DNA of 63,058 bases, the filler included, from Lenisia limosa (lineage: Eukaryota; Protista; Breviatea), in NCBI GenBank assembly GCA_001655205.1. It is 10 parts of 10 records of this genome, joined end to end, with 100 filler letters (N's around TTAATTAATTAA, not from the genome) between each part and the next. Parts side by side here need not be neighbours in the genome. Positions count along the whole stretch, not along the records: positions 48,239 to 53,264 come from LPNZ01009055.1; positions 53,365 to 59,707 come from LPNZ01000242.1; positions 59,808 to 63,058 come from LPNZ01009345.1; 7 more parts are not named here. One strand, given 5' to 3'. This document shows positions 51,007-62,800 of the stretch, one piece after another. The notes under the pieces are model-generated. The model was not told where the DNA came from, ran no database searches, and saw only the letters and a list, made by a program, of their open reading frames with translations. The position numbers and the translations under genes were made by a program. Each line of letters begins with the position of its first letter. Position 1 is the first letter of the stretch.

Positions 51007-51594
51007 ATATTTAGAATAGAGCTTCACTTTCGGGTTCTCTCATTTTTCAATAACCACATGACCATATATTCGCCAAATGCTACAATCGATGATTTTTCTT
51101 TCACAACAATCAATAAAGCACTCTTGAGAAATACGCAAAACAAAAACAACTGTTAGTAAGCCTTAAGTGAAATGTTATCATGTTTAGAGCTGTTTAGATG
51201 GGTATTCCTTGGTTTCGGACATGAATTCGGCATTTTGGACATGATTTCTGCGCTCCGAAACTCCAATGCACTCAAGATGCCCTCGGGTTAATAGTTCATA
51301 TTTTTTGATATGTTATCATATCACTTTTTGGGTCATTTTCACATGTGTGAACTTGGTTCCACGCACCTCATATCACTCGTATGATAATTGACCGACGAGT
51401 AGCAATGATACTCTGATACACTCTGAAAGAACCCTCGTGTTATCGTCGTTCATCATTTCGTCTCGAAAGTCGGTCATATGATCAGTTTTGATTAAGTGTC
51501 ATAGAGTTATTTATCGAGTTATTTATCGACTGATCCCCAATATTACATTGGATTTCCACGTAAATAATACCAACATTTTCATAAGAATCTCAAG

Positions 51595-51690
51595 TAGGGG
51601 CTTCACTTCGGTCAGGAAAAGACCGTTAAAATATCGATAGATTTCGGTATCGAGAAAATTAGTCTTTTTTCGGACCGAAATGAAGCCCTA
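51595..51690. mobile_element. Family A MITE
   Basis: Flanks atctcaag/atcacaag (7/8). Confidence 0.85.
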
Positions 51691-53364
51691 ATCACAAGTC
51701 AATGCGCCGGTGAAAGAAATCAAAACTCTATTTACAAATCGACAAATATTACACTTTGGATAGCTTCCTACAAGATGCTTCCTACAAGATTAGTTAGTGG
51801 TGGGGGTGATTCCTACAAGGACAGATAGTTAAGCCCACACTCAGGTCACTATTATAAGGAAGATGAATAACTGATTGAAGTGTAACCGAGATTGGAATGG
51901 TCGGACGTAGCGAAAAAGCATATTTCTGCTCCAAAACATTTATCCCCATCGAAAACTGGGATACGTCATCTTTACTAGGACTCGGTGCAACAAATATTTT
52001 AAGGAATTAATTGATAAAATTTGAAAATAAAGTGTCTGAAATCCAAAATTAATCGCACGTATTACCACCATTCCAATCTCGGTTTAAATGATTTATGTGA
52101 GCTCATTTTGCATGTTATTAAATCAACAAATTCTACCCTGATTGTGAACTTGATATGAAAATAGGGGCGTATCGCGATTCTTGACAATTCTTAATAAAAA
52201 TATGACAAACCAAATCTTTTTTCAACCAACTTTAAATGAAATCTAGGTACTCAGTTCTCACGAGCGTTTCAATAACATTTTGTAAATAACCACAGTGCAG
52301 TCTTCCTTTGTACATTGCCTGGCCTTGTCTGGCATTGCTATTTTGTGAAACATGGAAATTAAAAAGAGGATTACTTACATGTAAATACACTTAAATATCG
52401 TCATTCTAATATCATTGTTCTCTAAAGAGGTATCCCTGTCAAAAGTGTATTTATTTGTAATTTCCAACTAGTATAATCTTTATTATTGTCTGGTTCAAAT
52501 AATATGTTACCAATTACAAATGATATCTTCCATACATCAAATCACGCCTAGCTCTCTGGATCATGCACAATGTGAAATGCTTCTTCTTTTGTTCCCTAAA
52601 AGAATTAAATCTGGTAGTTAAATAAATATCAAGAAACATTGGATACTTAATGCAATTCAGATGAACTACTATCAAAAACAAAAATTCTTTACAAACTCTA
52701 TTTGCAAAACTCATAACAGAAGCAACTTTTCTTAACATGGTGTTTCCATTACAACTTGTAATGATATAAAAATTCTACATTATAGAATAACTTTATATGA
52801 TTAGACCGGGTATGTTCACCGATATGAGCATATGACTGAGTTTAGAGTCAAACTAATGAATAAAGTTCATGAAGAGCATCATGAGTGTGCTAAAGTATCA
52901 TAAATACTTTGGTTAATTATCACTGCGTAGACAATAAGAGCTGATACGTGATATATTTACCCAAAAATGAAATAATGAGAAATAAAGTGGATATCTTCAC
53001 CTTGTTGTTTGCTGGTTCCATCTCTGTCTTGATCTCGAACTTGGTTTTGTCAAAATCTTACGATCATCTTTCAGAAATTTCGCAACTGCTTCAGAGACGG
53101 ACATATATACTTAAATATAAGAAGAAGAGGGATCTTCATTTCGAGAATGATAATTCCATAGATTTGGTGGGAAAAAACAGTAGCAGACCGTCCACATCAT
53201 GATAATAGGTGACCCCACATAACCGTACCCAGCCACATAACCGTACCCACTTTTTAAAAATGGTNNNNNNNNNNNNNNNNNNNNNNNNNNNNNNNNNNNN
53301 NNNNNNNNTTAATTAATTAANNNNNNNNNNNNNNNNNNNNNNNNNNNNNNNNNNNNNNNNNNNN

Positions 53365-55281
53365 CCCTCAAAGTGTCTTGTACAAGCCATCATGTGGGCG
53401 CCCTAAAATCGATCCAGCAGCTGTGACTAAGACGAAAGACGTCTTCAAGACTTCAAAACAGGTTTGTGGAGGGATTTTCACTGTTGTTATTTTGCCTATT
53501 CTGGCTTGTCGTTATAGTTAGGCTACTCAATGACCCAAAATGAAGTTGTTAACACACTTCAATATCATGTTACTAAGAACCGTGGTAATGCAAAGGAGGC
53601 CTCTGAAATCATGACTGAAGCCTACCCTCCTGGAGCTGGCGACTTTGATGACAGAAGGGCTCATACCCAGGTTTGTCGAGCTCAACATATTGATTCAACA
53701 AACAAAATGTATGATCACCCCCCCCCTGTTACGTTTATATCCTTGCCAGAAGTAGCAGTTAAGCTTTCAAGAGCTTTCAATAGCGGAAAACGGCTGTATT
53801 CACATGCCCATCATGCAATTCGCTCCCTTGGCCAGAACCCATCCAACAGAAACAAGCAGAAGGCTGTGGCAACTGCCACAATTGAGGCGGTGATCACCAA
53901 GGCAATTACAGCTGCACGACATGGACGTGATAGAAACTTCGACAAAGGTTTGTCAGTAATCGAAGATGGGGTTTTATTCACCAGCAGTTGAAAATAAACG
54001 CTTTTACTTTTTGAAATATTGCCTTCTGGTTCCAACAATTCCACCATTTTCAGATATTCTTTCAACAAGTGTGTTCTTTTTTTTATACTCCCCTCAGGTC
54101 TCGAAGTTCTCCAAGAGCCATATGATGACTTCAACACCTACTACATGAAGAAAGCGAAAGCACAACTTGATGGTATTGTGGAGGTTTTCACGACTCTTAC
54201 CAAGGTGGGAAGAATAATTCAATTTGCTGCGGTACTCCGATGTCTTAACACACCATTTTGAATGTTTTATAAGGATCTTCAAGAAAAAAATGATGACAAT
54301 TTTGATGAACTTATGAAGACCAGCGATGAACTTCTCACTCAGTCAATTCCAGACTTTCCTTTTTCTGCAATTGTATGAGGGGTTTTCCTTTTTCTGTTCT
54401 TTGGTGACTAAACGGAACTCAAATGTGATAAACAAAAAAATGCAGGACGGTTTCTTCGGGGATGAAACTGCCTTCTCCCCTGCTTGGTTTCGGAGTAAGA
54501 GGAGATGTGTTCGCGTCTGCACTCACAATGTCACGAATGATCGGAGAGTACAAACGCCCCTGCTTCACTCATTGACGGTGGTGAAGGCGCAGTGAAAGAT
54601 GCTCTCAGCCGTGGTGGAGAGACTGTAGCACCCGTTCCTATCAAGATCACGAAGTGCGAAGACAAGTACATCACTCCATCCCCAACCATGGTCTCCAAAG
54701 CCCAAAATAATAACGTATTTGGCTCCTTTGACTCTACAATGTCGGTGATAAGCCATCTCTTTCAGTTCCCTATATTAATACACTATATCACTCCTAGCTT
54801 TGTCTCATAAATTATGTTTTGTGCTTCTTGGTTTGATCAGAGCGACACAATATGATTTAAGACCAAAATGAACAATCTCGATGAGGTAGTTTATATGATA
54901 GCTCATATACTTGACGCAGTCCCGTGAGGAATTCGCAATTTCCGTACTTGTTGACCGTGGTGTAAGTTTGAAGGAAATTGTGACTAAATGATGTCATTGG
55001 TTTTGATACACACATTTCATAATTGTATAAATCTACAAAAGACCTGAGTTATTGGCCAAGGTTTGTTGGGTTGATTTCGTCTCAAAAGGCTTTTTCTTTC
55101 TTTTTGTACCCAAATTGGGGCTACAGGTTAGACCGCCTTATTATCTCACAGTTTACTCTCTACGCAAATACTCCGTGCCAAAGTACGTTGAGAATATCTT
55201 CGTTGGTAAGGTTAAGATTGCTGAGTGTTTGTGTCTTCTCTGGGACACGATCATCCGCAAATGCTTCAAGTTGCTATCAAG
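53365..55281 (+). CDS. Multi-exon hypothetical protein, possibly a pogo/Tc1-mariner-derived transposase, partly degenerate
   Basis: In-phase exons (CGRPKID..KQ|LGYSMTQNEVV; RNFDK|GLEVLQ; TLTK|DLQEK; FSAI|DGFFGDETAF). GRP and DET motifs are present; the later frame is unresolved. Confidence 0.45.
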
Positions 55282-58200
55282 GGACTGAAGTCGGGCAAGG
55301 GTATGTCTGTTGGAGTTTAGCTTTTGTCCGGTTCCTCTGACTATTTAACGCCTTGCGGTTTTTTCGATTAATTACCGACTATTCACAATAATTGGGTAAA
55401 TAAGTGAAATAAATTACCCTTCAATATTTTTGTTAGAACATTGTCCATGAATTTTAAATTTTATAATGTCAACAATAATAAACAATATGATATAGAAAAC
55501 CAGATAAATGTATTTTCAATTNNNNNNNNNNNNNNNNNNNNNNNNNNNNNNNNNNNNNNNNNNNNNNNNNNNNNNNNNNNNNNNNNNTTGAATTTACTAT
55601 TACAACGAGTTATAGTAAATTCATTTGCATGAAAAATCTCAAATTTAATCTGAAAGCTTATTTAGTAGTTCATAAAATTTATGTATACATATGATACAAT
55701 ATCATAGTCTATAAATTTTCGCAGTATATGAATGTTATCACATTATATGACATATAACAAAAGTTGCCACCAATGCCGTATCTTACTAATTAACTATAAG
55801 AAGCACCCAAGCATCTACCATCACACAGGGACAGACGTATCAAAACTTGAAGAAAACAAAGTTTGATAACAATGTGATAACTTTTCTATTGAAGAGGAAA
55901 GACCGTACAACTGCTTTGAAACATTTGTCAAATTGTCATTGAACACAAGAATGGCACTGGTTTGACGTGACATTTCTTGTTGAATACGGCTTAACTGCAA
56001 TGCAAGCCGATTGTTTTCATTTTTTGATTCTACAGTCTATAGAATAAATAATTCGATACTTAAAAGTCCGAAGACTACAAAGTAATATTTCATCATCATT
56101 TAACCTGTTAGTTAATATGAGAAATTTATTTTATGTCCAACAAAATACTGACCCATATTTTGCGACCGATGCATTTGATTACTTGGAGCAAAAACTTTCA
56201 GAATTTTAATACTTCTATATTGGTGGTCATCCAATACACATAGATATATATAATACAGTACTAGTATATATAATATAAGTTTTTCCATGGAGGGGAGGGG
56301 GGTCGCACTAGTGACCGAAAAATATATGGACAATACATGTATATAGGAGTCACGAGGTCAGCGGGTAAGATATATGCATATATAGATATTTAAGATTTGA
56401 ATTATGATGTAAATGAGAGTTCACCGATTAAGTTTTAAAACAGACTCAATGAAACTCATCAATCGTAATTAAATCGAGTCTTCATTGAATTATTGGTTTC
56501 ATTTGGCAGTCTTTTTCTTCCGATCAAAGAAAACTAAGATTACTTTGAATCTTCCACAAATTGATAGTGTTCATTTCGAACCAGACATCCAACAAGAGAC
56601 GAGTATACCATCATAATTCTTGACCAAGAAGGGGATCATGGAATAAAGGTAGGGGAAGACTGTAAGGGGAGTCCGCTTTCCATGATAAATGAAGTGAAAA
56701 TACGCCTCAATGCCTTTCTCAAGCAATTTCTATCATCTTAGTTCGAACGTGAAAGCCCTCCAGTCACAGAATCATCCCAGTTTCGTGGGTTGTTGAGGAA
56801 GGGGAGAGTTACAGGGAAGTGGCTACGAGCCAGTTNNNNNNNNNNNNNNNNNNNNNNNNNNNNNNNNNNNNNNNNNNNNNNNNNNNNNNNNAAATAAATA
56901 AGCGTTCTCTTGGAACAGAATTTTAATTCAAATTAATGACTTAATTTAGGACCTTGAGCACATATACTATATGTATAATATATGACTGTGACAGGATATA
57001 TGTATAGTCAAAGCTCCGGACATAATTCAAAATTCACTGGACACATCAAAAGTCTCGGACAGCTTGAGTTTTCCATATAATCATCATAGACCCAATCGAA
57101 AGTAATTTCATCTTGATCAAAGGATAAAACGCCAACTTCAAAAACCAAATTAAGTCCCTAAGCTCTCTATTTACGGTCCAAATACTGTTAAAAACATGCA
57201 AAACCGTTATAAAAGGCCACATTCAAAAAGAATAAATGGCGACTATCCGGGAAAGTTCACCCTTGTAGACAGTGCTATTTTGAGCATTTTTCTCTCAAAA
57301 TTCACCATTACATAGCCAAAGCAAATTACTCCGATGGGTGCAAATTTTTATTTCTTAACACTAAAAGAGGGTAAGATTCAGAAAAAAATCCTGTGAAAAG
57401 GCAAAAGGGGGACCGGACCCCCGGGAGACCAAATTCACGGATTTTTGGTATTTGCTCTAAATTGAAAAAAAAAAAAAAAATTGGGGAACATTAGGAGGTC
57501 CATTTCTCAATGTGTCTGTCGAAGCAGTTTTTTAAAAAACACTAACATTGACCTATACAAGGTGTCTGGTGAATGTGTTGAACCAGTTTAGTATTAAACA
57601 CTACCGTTGACCCATGCAAGGGGTCAACTTCAAGCTGTCCAGGAGTTTTGATTCTGGTGAATTTTGAATGCTGTTCGGAGCTTTTTTGAGGACCCACATA
57701 TACTGCTTTTCACTCAGTTCGCCTGTGGTAGAAGCTGACGTGGAGCTCATAGACCTGATGTGTTGAACTAAGATACGCTCGGCCCCATTGAAGATCTTGG
57801 TGGGGCACAATTCTGGTGTCTAATTAAACGTTTTATTTTGTGTTTTGAATCATCATAGCACTTGAACCGGTGAAACTTTTGTTCAGAGTTCTAATTGGAA
57901 AGTATTTCTGATCAGGGATTTTTAATAATGCTGTAGCTTTCGATACTATCAAAAGGCAGCTTCTCAGGGAACCTCAACTTCACCCAATAATGTACAAAGT
58001 ATCTAGAGGTGCGGTACCAGAGAATTATAATACAATGTACTTCAAAACATTTATCACGAATTTCTTTCATTGTGGGATAATGTCTCAATTTGATGTGTTT
58101 TTTTTTGTATATTTACTGAGGATTTATCGAGAATTCCGTCTTTTTTGAACCGAAAGTGGAGATCAAGTTTACTTTATGATATAACTATATATCATATGTG

Positions 58201-58810
58201 TGATGGGACAAAACATGAATTACGGGACAAAACTGTGAATCAGGGACAAAACTGTGAATCACTTGGTTTTGACAATCTTCTTGCGCCTTAAATACTGTGA
58301 AATTGGTCGCTTAGATTGAAAAAAAGGTGAANNNNNNNNNNNNNNNNNNNNNNNNNNNNNNNNNNNNNNNNNNNNNNNNNNGTGTAGCTAAATAAATGAC
58401 ACAGGTGACAAATAAATGTTTGTAAGAAAACAAGTCAAAATATGGGTGATTAGGCGAGAAATGAGAAGTTTTTGAATTTAGTGAATGCGCACCGACGCAA
58501 TGGCGTTCAGGAAAAAAATTGTCTCCAAAAGGGAGTGGTTGAGGGTGAATTCCCTGGTGAAAAGGTGGCGAAAGCTGTGCATATGGTGAAATGGGAGGCC
58601 AATTTGTTCGAATAGTGATTTCAAAAAACATCTTGTCGTCATCATAAGACATTGATTCTTCACCGTTGAGCACCTTGCCGTCCTCAAGTCGCGAGAAAAG
58701 ATAGCCTGCGATGCCTTCGGGGTTGGTGAGTGCAAGAGAATCTTTCAGCCTCGACACAAGATACGCAATGAAATGGAAAAAGTTGTTCATTTTCCCTAAA
58801 AGTCCTCTCA

Positions 58811-59707
58811 TTGTTGGTAAATTGGTGTATTAATAACACGGTAGCCCCTAGAGCTAAGAAGAGTGAATTCTCTGTAAAGGTTCGCGAAGAAGGAGAGGTC
58901 CTGAAGCGTGTTAAGCGCCGTATTCAAGGCTTTGAGGCACTTACTTCTCAAGAGAAGGTGGATTCCCTTCAAAAGGAGGCCTCTTCACAGTAAGTCCGTT
59001 ACTCTCAGCGCTCTCGCTCTATGCGGATCAATGCCAGCAGGAGAACTCTCTCAGAAACGCTTGCTTTAAAGCTGNNNNNNNNNNNNNNNNNNNNNNNNNN
59101 NNNNNNNNNNNNNNNNNNNNNNNNNNNNNNNNNNNNNNNNNNNNNNNNNNNNNNNNNNNNNNNNNNNNNNNNNNNNNNNNNNNNNNNNNNNNNNNNNNNN
59201 NNNNNNNNNNNNNNNNNNNNNNNNNNNNNNNNNNNNNNNNNNNNNNNNNNNNNNNNNNNNNNNNNNNNNNNNNNNNNNNNNGTAACTTCCATTTACACAA
59301 TGATATTACTTTGTGTAATTACCTGATTTCATCTCTTTCGCTACAGGCATCCCCCAGGCCACCATCAGCCGTCTTTGTAAAGCTACCACTGAAAATGTCA
59401 TTGTTGGCAGCTTAAAGGGTGGCAGAAACACTAAGCTCCCTGAAGGTCTCCTTGGCCCCCTTATCTCTTGGATTGTTGAAGAACAGTTCTGCCGCCGTCC
59501 CCCCTCAATGAAACTTCTTCGTCAAAAAGTTTGGGGTTTTGTTGTTTTGTTGATGCTGAATTGTTTTTCTTAATAGCAGCAGTAACAGACCATACAGATA
59601 TTCTTTTAACAATTGGTTGTGCTGATGCGAATCCAATAAGTATTACAGGCTTCAGAACTGGTTTTGAAGTCCACCGGAAAAGATGTCGCTTTCTCCGCCA
59701 AGTGGGC
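58811..59707 (+). mobile_element. pogo/Tigger (CENP-B HTH) transposase N-terminus, spliced, truncated at scaffold end
   Basis: Exon 59347-59528 GIPQATISRLC..GGRNTKLPE..LISWIVEEQFCRRPPSMKLLRQK joins through an intron (gtttgg..tacag) to 59649-59707 ASELVLKSTGKDVAFSAKW, giving a psq-type HTH plus a CENP-B HTH. The upstream segment has an in-frame TAA at 58991. Confidence 0.7.
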
Positions 59708-59808
59708 NNNNNNNNNNNNNNNNNNNNNNNNNNNNNNNNNNNNNNNNNNNNTTAATTAATTAANNNNNNNNNNNNNNNNNNNNNNNNNNNNNNNNNNNNN
59801 NNNNNNNC

Positions 59809-62800
59809 CGTAGAGGGTCCAACTCTCGCCAGCTCCAACTTTCGCCATGCACAGCCTCGAGGCCTTCTGACGCTGTCTACTTTGACTCGTCTGAATCGAG
59901 CGGAGATGATGAATCGCCTTCTAGTCTGGAAAAGTCTCCTGACGCCGAGAACTCACCCGAATCGTAGGGTACTGCTTTAAATAGATGATATGACTATAAT
60001 TTGATGTTTTGCCTAACTTTGTCTTTACAACCTAATGCATATGAAACACACTGACTGTGATAAGTCATGACCGATTTTCTTTGGGAAATCATAGTAAATC
60101 AGTTGTATATAATGTAGAATTTGTCCCAAAATATTATTTTATTGTGTGTATGTATTCTCTTGTTATCCTGTTCCGACCACCATACAAACTGGGCTTTGTT
60201 AATATAACTTTCATTTTTACTCCCATAGCGACTGGGTTTCATAAAACTTCCAATTTTACACCCCATAGTGTTTGTTATTGCTTGTTTTTTATTATTTTTA
60301 TTTTTTTTTGTTTATTCGCTTAGTGATTCCTTTATGCTAATAATCTTTATCGAAATTTCCTTCGTTTTACACCCCATAGCGACTCCCCGCCTCGCCTCGG
60401 TCAAGGTGCCCCTTCGCTCAACGTTCTCCGCCCCACCGCGCTCTGTTCATCCCATTCTCTCAAGTCATTTGACGGTACTGAGTCGCCTTCGTTGTCGGCT
60501 ATGGAGGACCCCCAACAGGTCTCTCCAGTTGCCCTTGAAACTGAACAGTCCGTTTCGTACCCTGATCAAACTCCTGATCAGGCTTCTTTTCCTGAGTCTC
60601 CTGCTTACGAGGATGTTCCAGTTGATCGACATGAAAATGTAAAGGATGAAGAAGAGAAAGTAATCGTTGACAGTGTGGAAGCTGTCGAAGAAGAAAAGAA
60701 AGAAGAGCAAGAGCAAGAGCAAGAAGAGGAAGAAGTAAATGCCAATGAGCAAGAAGAACAACAGAAAGAAGAGAGCGAGGAGCAAGAAGATTCATCGGAG
60801 CCAAAAGATGGCCATACTCCCCCTGCGGATATACTTGAAGTTCCTCCTATTGCTTCTTTTGAAATGCCTGAACCGCTTAGCCCGCCAGTGGAAGCTCAAG
60901 AAGCTCTTCCTCCTATGGATATGCCAGAAGCTCTTGCTCCTCCCATGGATATGCCAGAAGCTCTTGCTCCTCCCATGGATTTGCCAGAAGCTCTTAGTCC
61001 TCCTACGGATATGCCTGAAGCTCTCCCTGCTCCTATGGATATGCCTGAAGCTCTCCCTGCTCCTATGGATATGCCAGAAGCTCTTCCTCCTCCCATGGAT
61101 TTGCCAGAAGATCTTAGTCCTCCTGTTGGAGCTGAAACGCTTCCTCTCCCTGTGCAAACTCAAGAAGCTGAGGACGTACCCATTACAGAGTCTAGCCCAG
61201 ATCTCCCTCCCCCTGCTGATGACCTTCCTCCACCCCCAGTGGATGTTGAGCCTGAAACATCTCCCATTACGGAGCTTCCTCCACCTCCAATGGAACTTAC
61301 TCCCTCTGAGGTTTCCCCGGTTTCATCAGAGCAGAACAATGAGCTTCCTCCACCCCCAANNNNNNNNNNGTCTCCCATTACGGAGCTTCCTCCACCTCCA
61401 ATGGAACTTCCTCCCTCTGAGGTTTCCCCGGTTTCATCAGAGCAGAACAATGAGCTTCCTCCACCCCCAATGGATATTGAGCCTGAAATGTCTGCCATTA
61501 CAGAGCTTCCCCCACCTCCAATGGATACCTCGCCCATTACTGAGCTTCCACCACCACCAACACAGCTCTCTCCACCACCCGAAATAGACCTTCCATCCCC
61601 CGAAGTAGAAACCTCCGAGCAAGTTACCCCCCATGAACAACTCCTCGCACCGCCCACCGTTGAAGAAGACGACTTCCCCAGAGCTGATATCCCGCCTCCT
61701 CCCGCCGATTCAGAGGAACAGCTTTCTCCCCCATCTGCAGACGAACGTCCTTCGGTTTCCCCAGAGGAAAGCCCAGTGGTTACAGACTCTGACCGTGTCC
61801 CTAGTGAGGACTCCAAGGAACTTCCACCCCCAGTGGATGTTGCTGAAGATGAAGTAGAACAGGTTGAATCTACCCCAACTTACGCTCCTCAGCTCGACGT
61901 GCCTGAAACTCCAAATGGTGAACAAACTGAAGGTCTTGTTGATATCCCTCCGCCTCCCACTGAGTCTTCTCTTGGCACAACAATTCCACCTACAGTTTAT
62001 ACTCCAGAAGCCGATGAAATTCCTCCTATCTCCGAGATATCTCCTCCTCCAATGGAGAGCCCGGAGCCTCTTCTTCCAGTAGAGATGCCCCCTATCGAGC
62101 TCCCCCCTCCGCCCATGGACTCTGTCGTTGATGGATCTTCACTTACCGACATTACAGTAGCGGATGACGATGTTAGTAGTACACAGGATGTTGTTGATGC
62201 ACAGGATGTTGTGTGTGAGGATCGTCAGCCTTTAGGTGATGGACAAGATGATCAAGAAGAAGTGAAGGAAGAAGAAAAGGAAGAGGAAGAGGAAAAGATG
62301 GAAGAGAAAGAAGAAGAGGAAGAAGTCCAGGAAGAGGAAAAGATGGAAGGAAAGGAAGAGGTGAAGGAAGAAGAGAAGGAGAAGGAAGTTATTCAAGGCG
62401 AATCCGAATTGGAAGAGAAGCATAAAATTGAAGACGATAAAGCAGAGGAAATAGTGGCCAATTCTGAACCCTCTTCTGAAATTTCCCCTGATACCCAGGA
62501 ACAGAACAACGACCTCCCTCCCCCCATTTCTGCTGAGGACGTACCTGTTACAGAGTCAAGTCCAGATCTCCCTCCCCCTGCTGATGACCTTCCTCCACCC
62601 CCAGTGGATGTTGAGCCTGAANNNNNNNNNNNNNNNNNNNNNNNNNNNNNNNNNNNNNNNNNNNNNNNNNNNNNNNNNNNNNNNNNNNNNNNNNNNNNNN
62701 NNNNNNNNNNNNNNNNNNNNNNNNNNNNNNNNNNNNNNNNNNNNNNNNNNNNNNNNNNNNNNNNNNNNNNNNNNNNNNNNNNNNNNNNNNNNNNNNNNNN

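Noticed and set aside
1984-58161. Family A repeats as bacterial REP/BIME elements or terminators
   Set aside because: They sit in spliceosomal introns and carry 8-bp TSDs.
19352-59807. Recurring TTAATTAATTAA as a biological motif or piggyBac target
   Set aside because: Always centred in exactly 44+44 Ns: a synthetic concatenation spacer.
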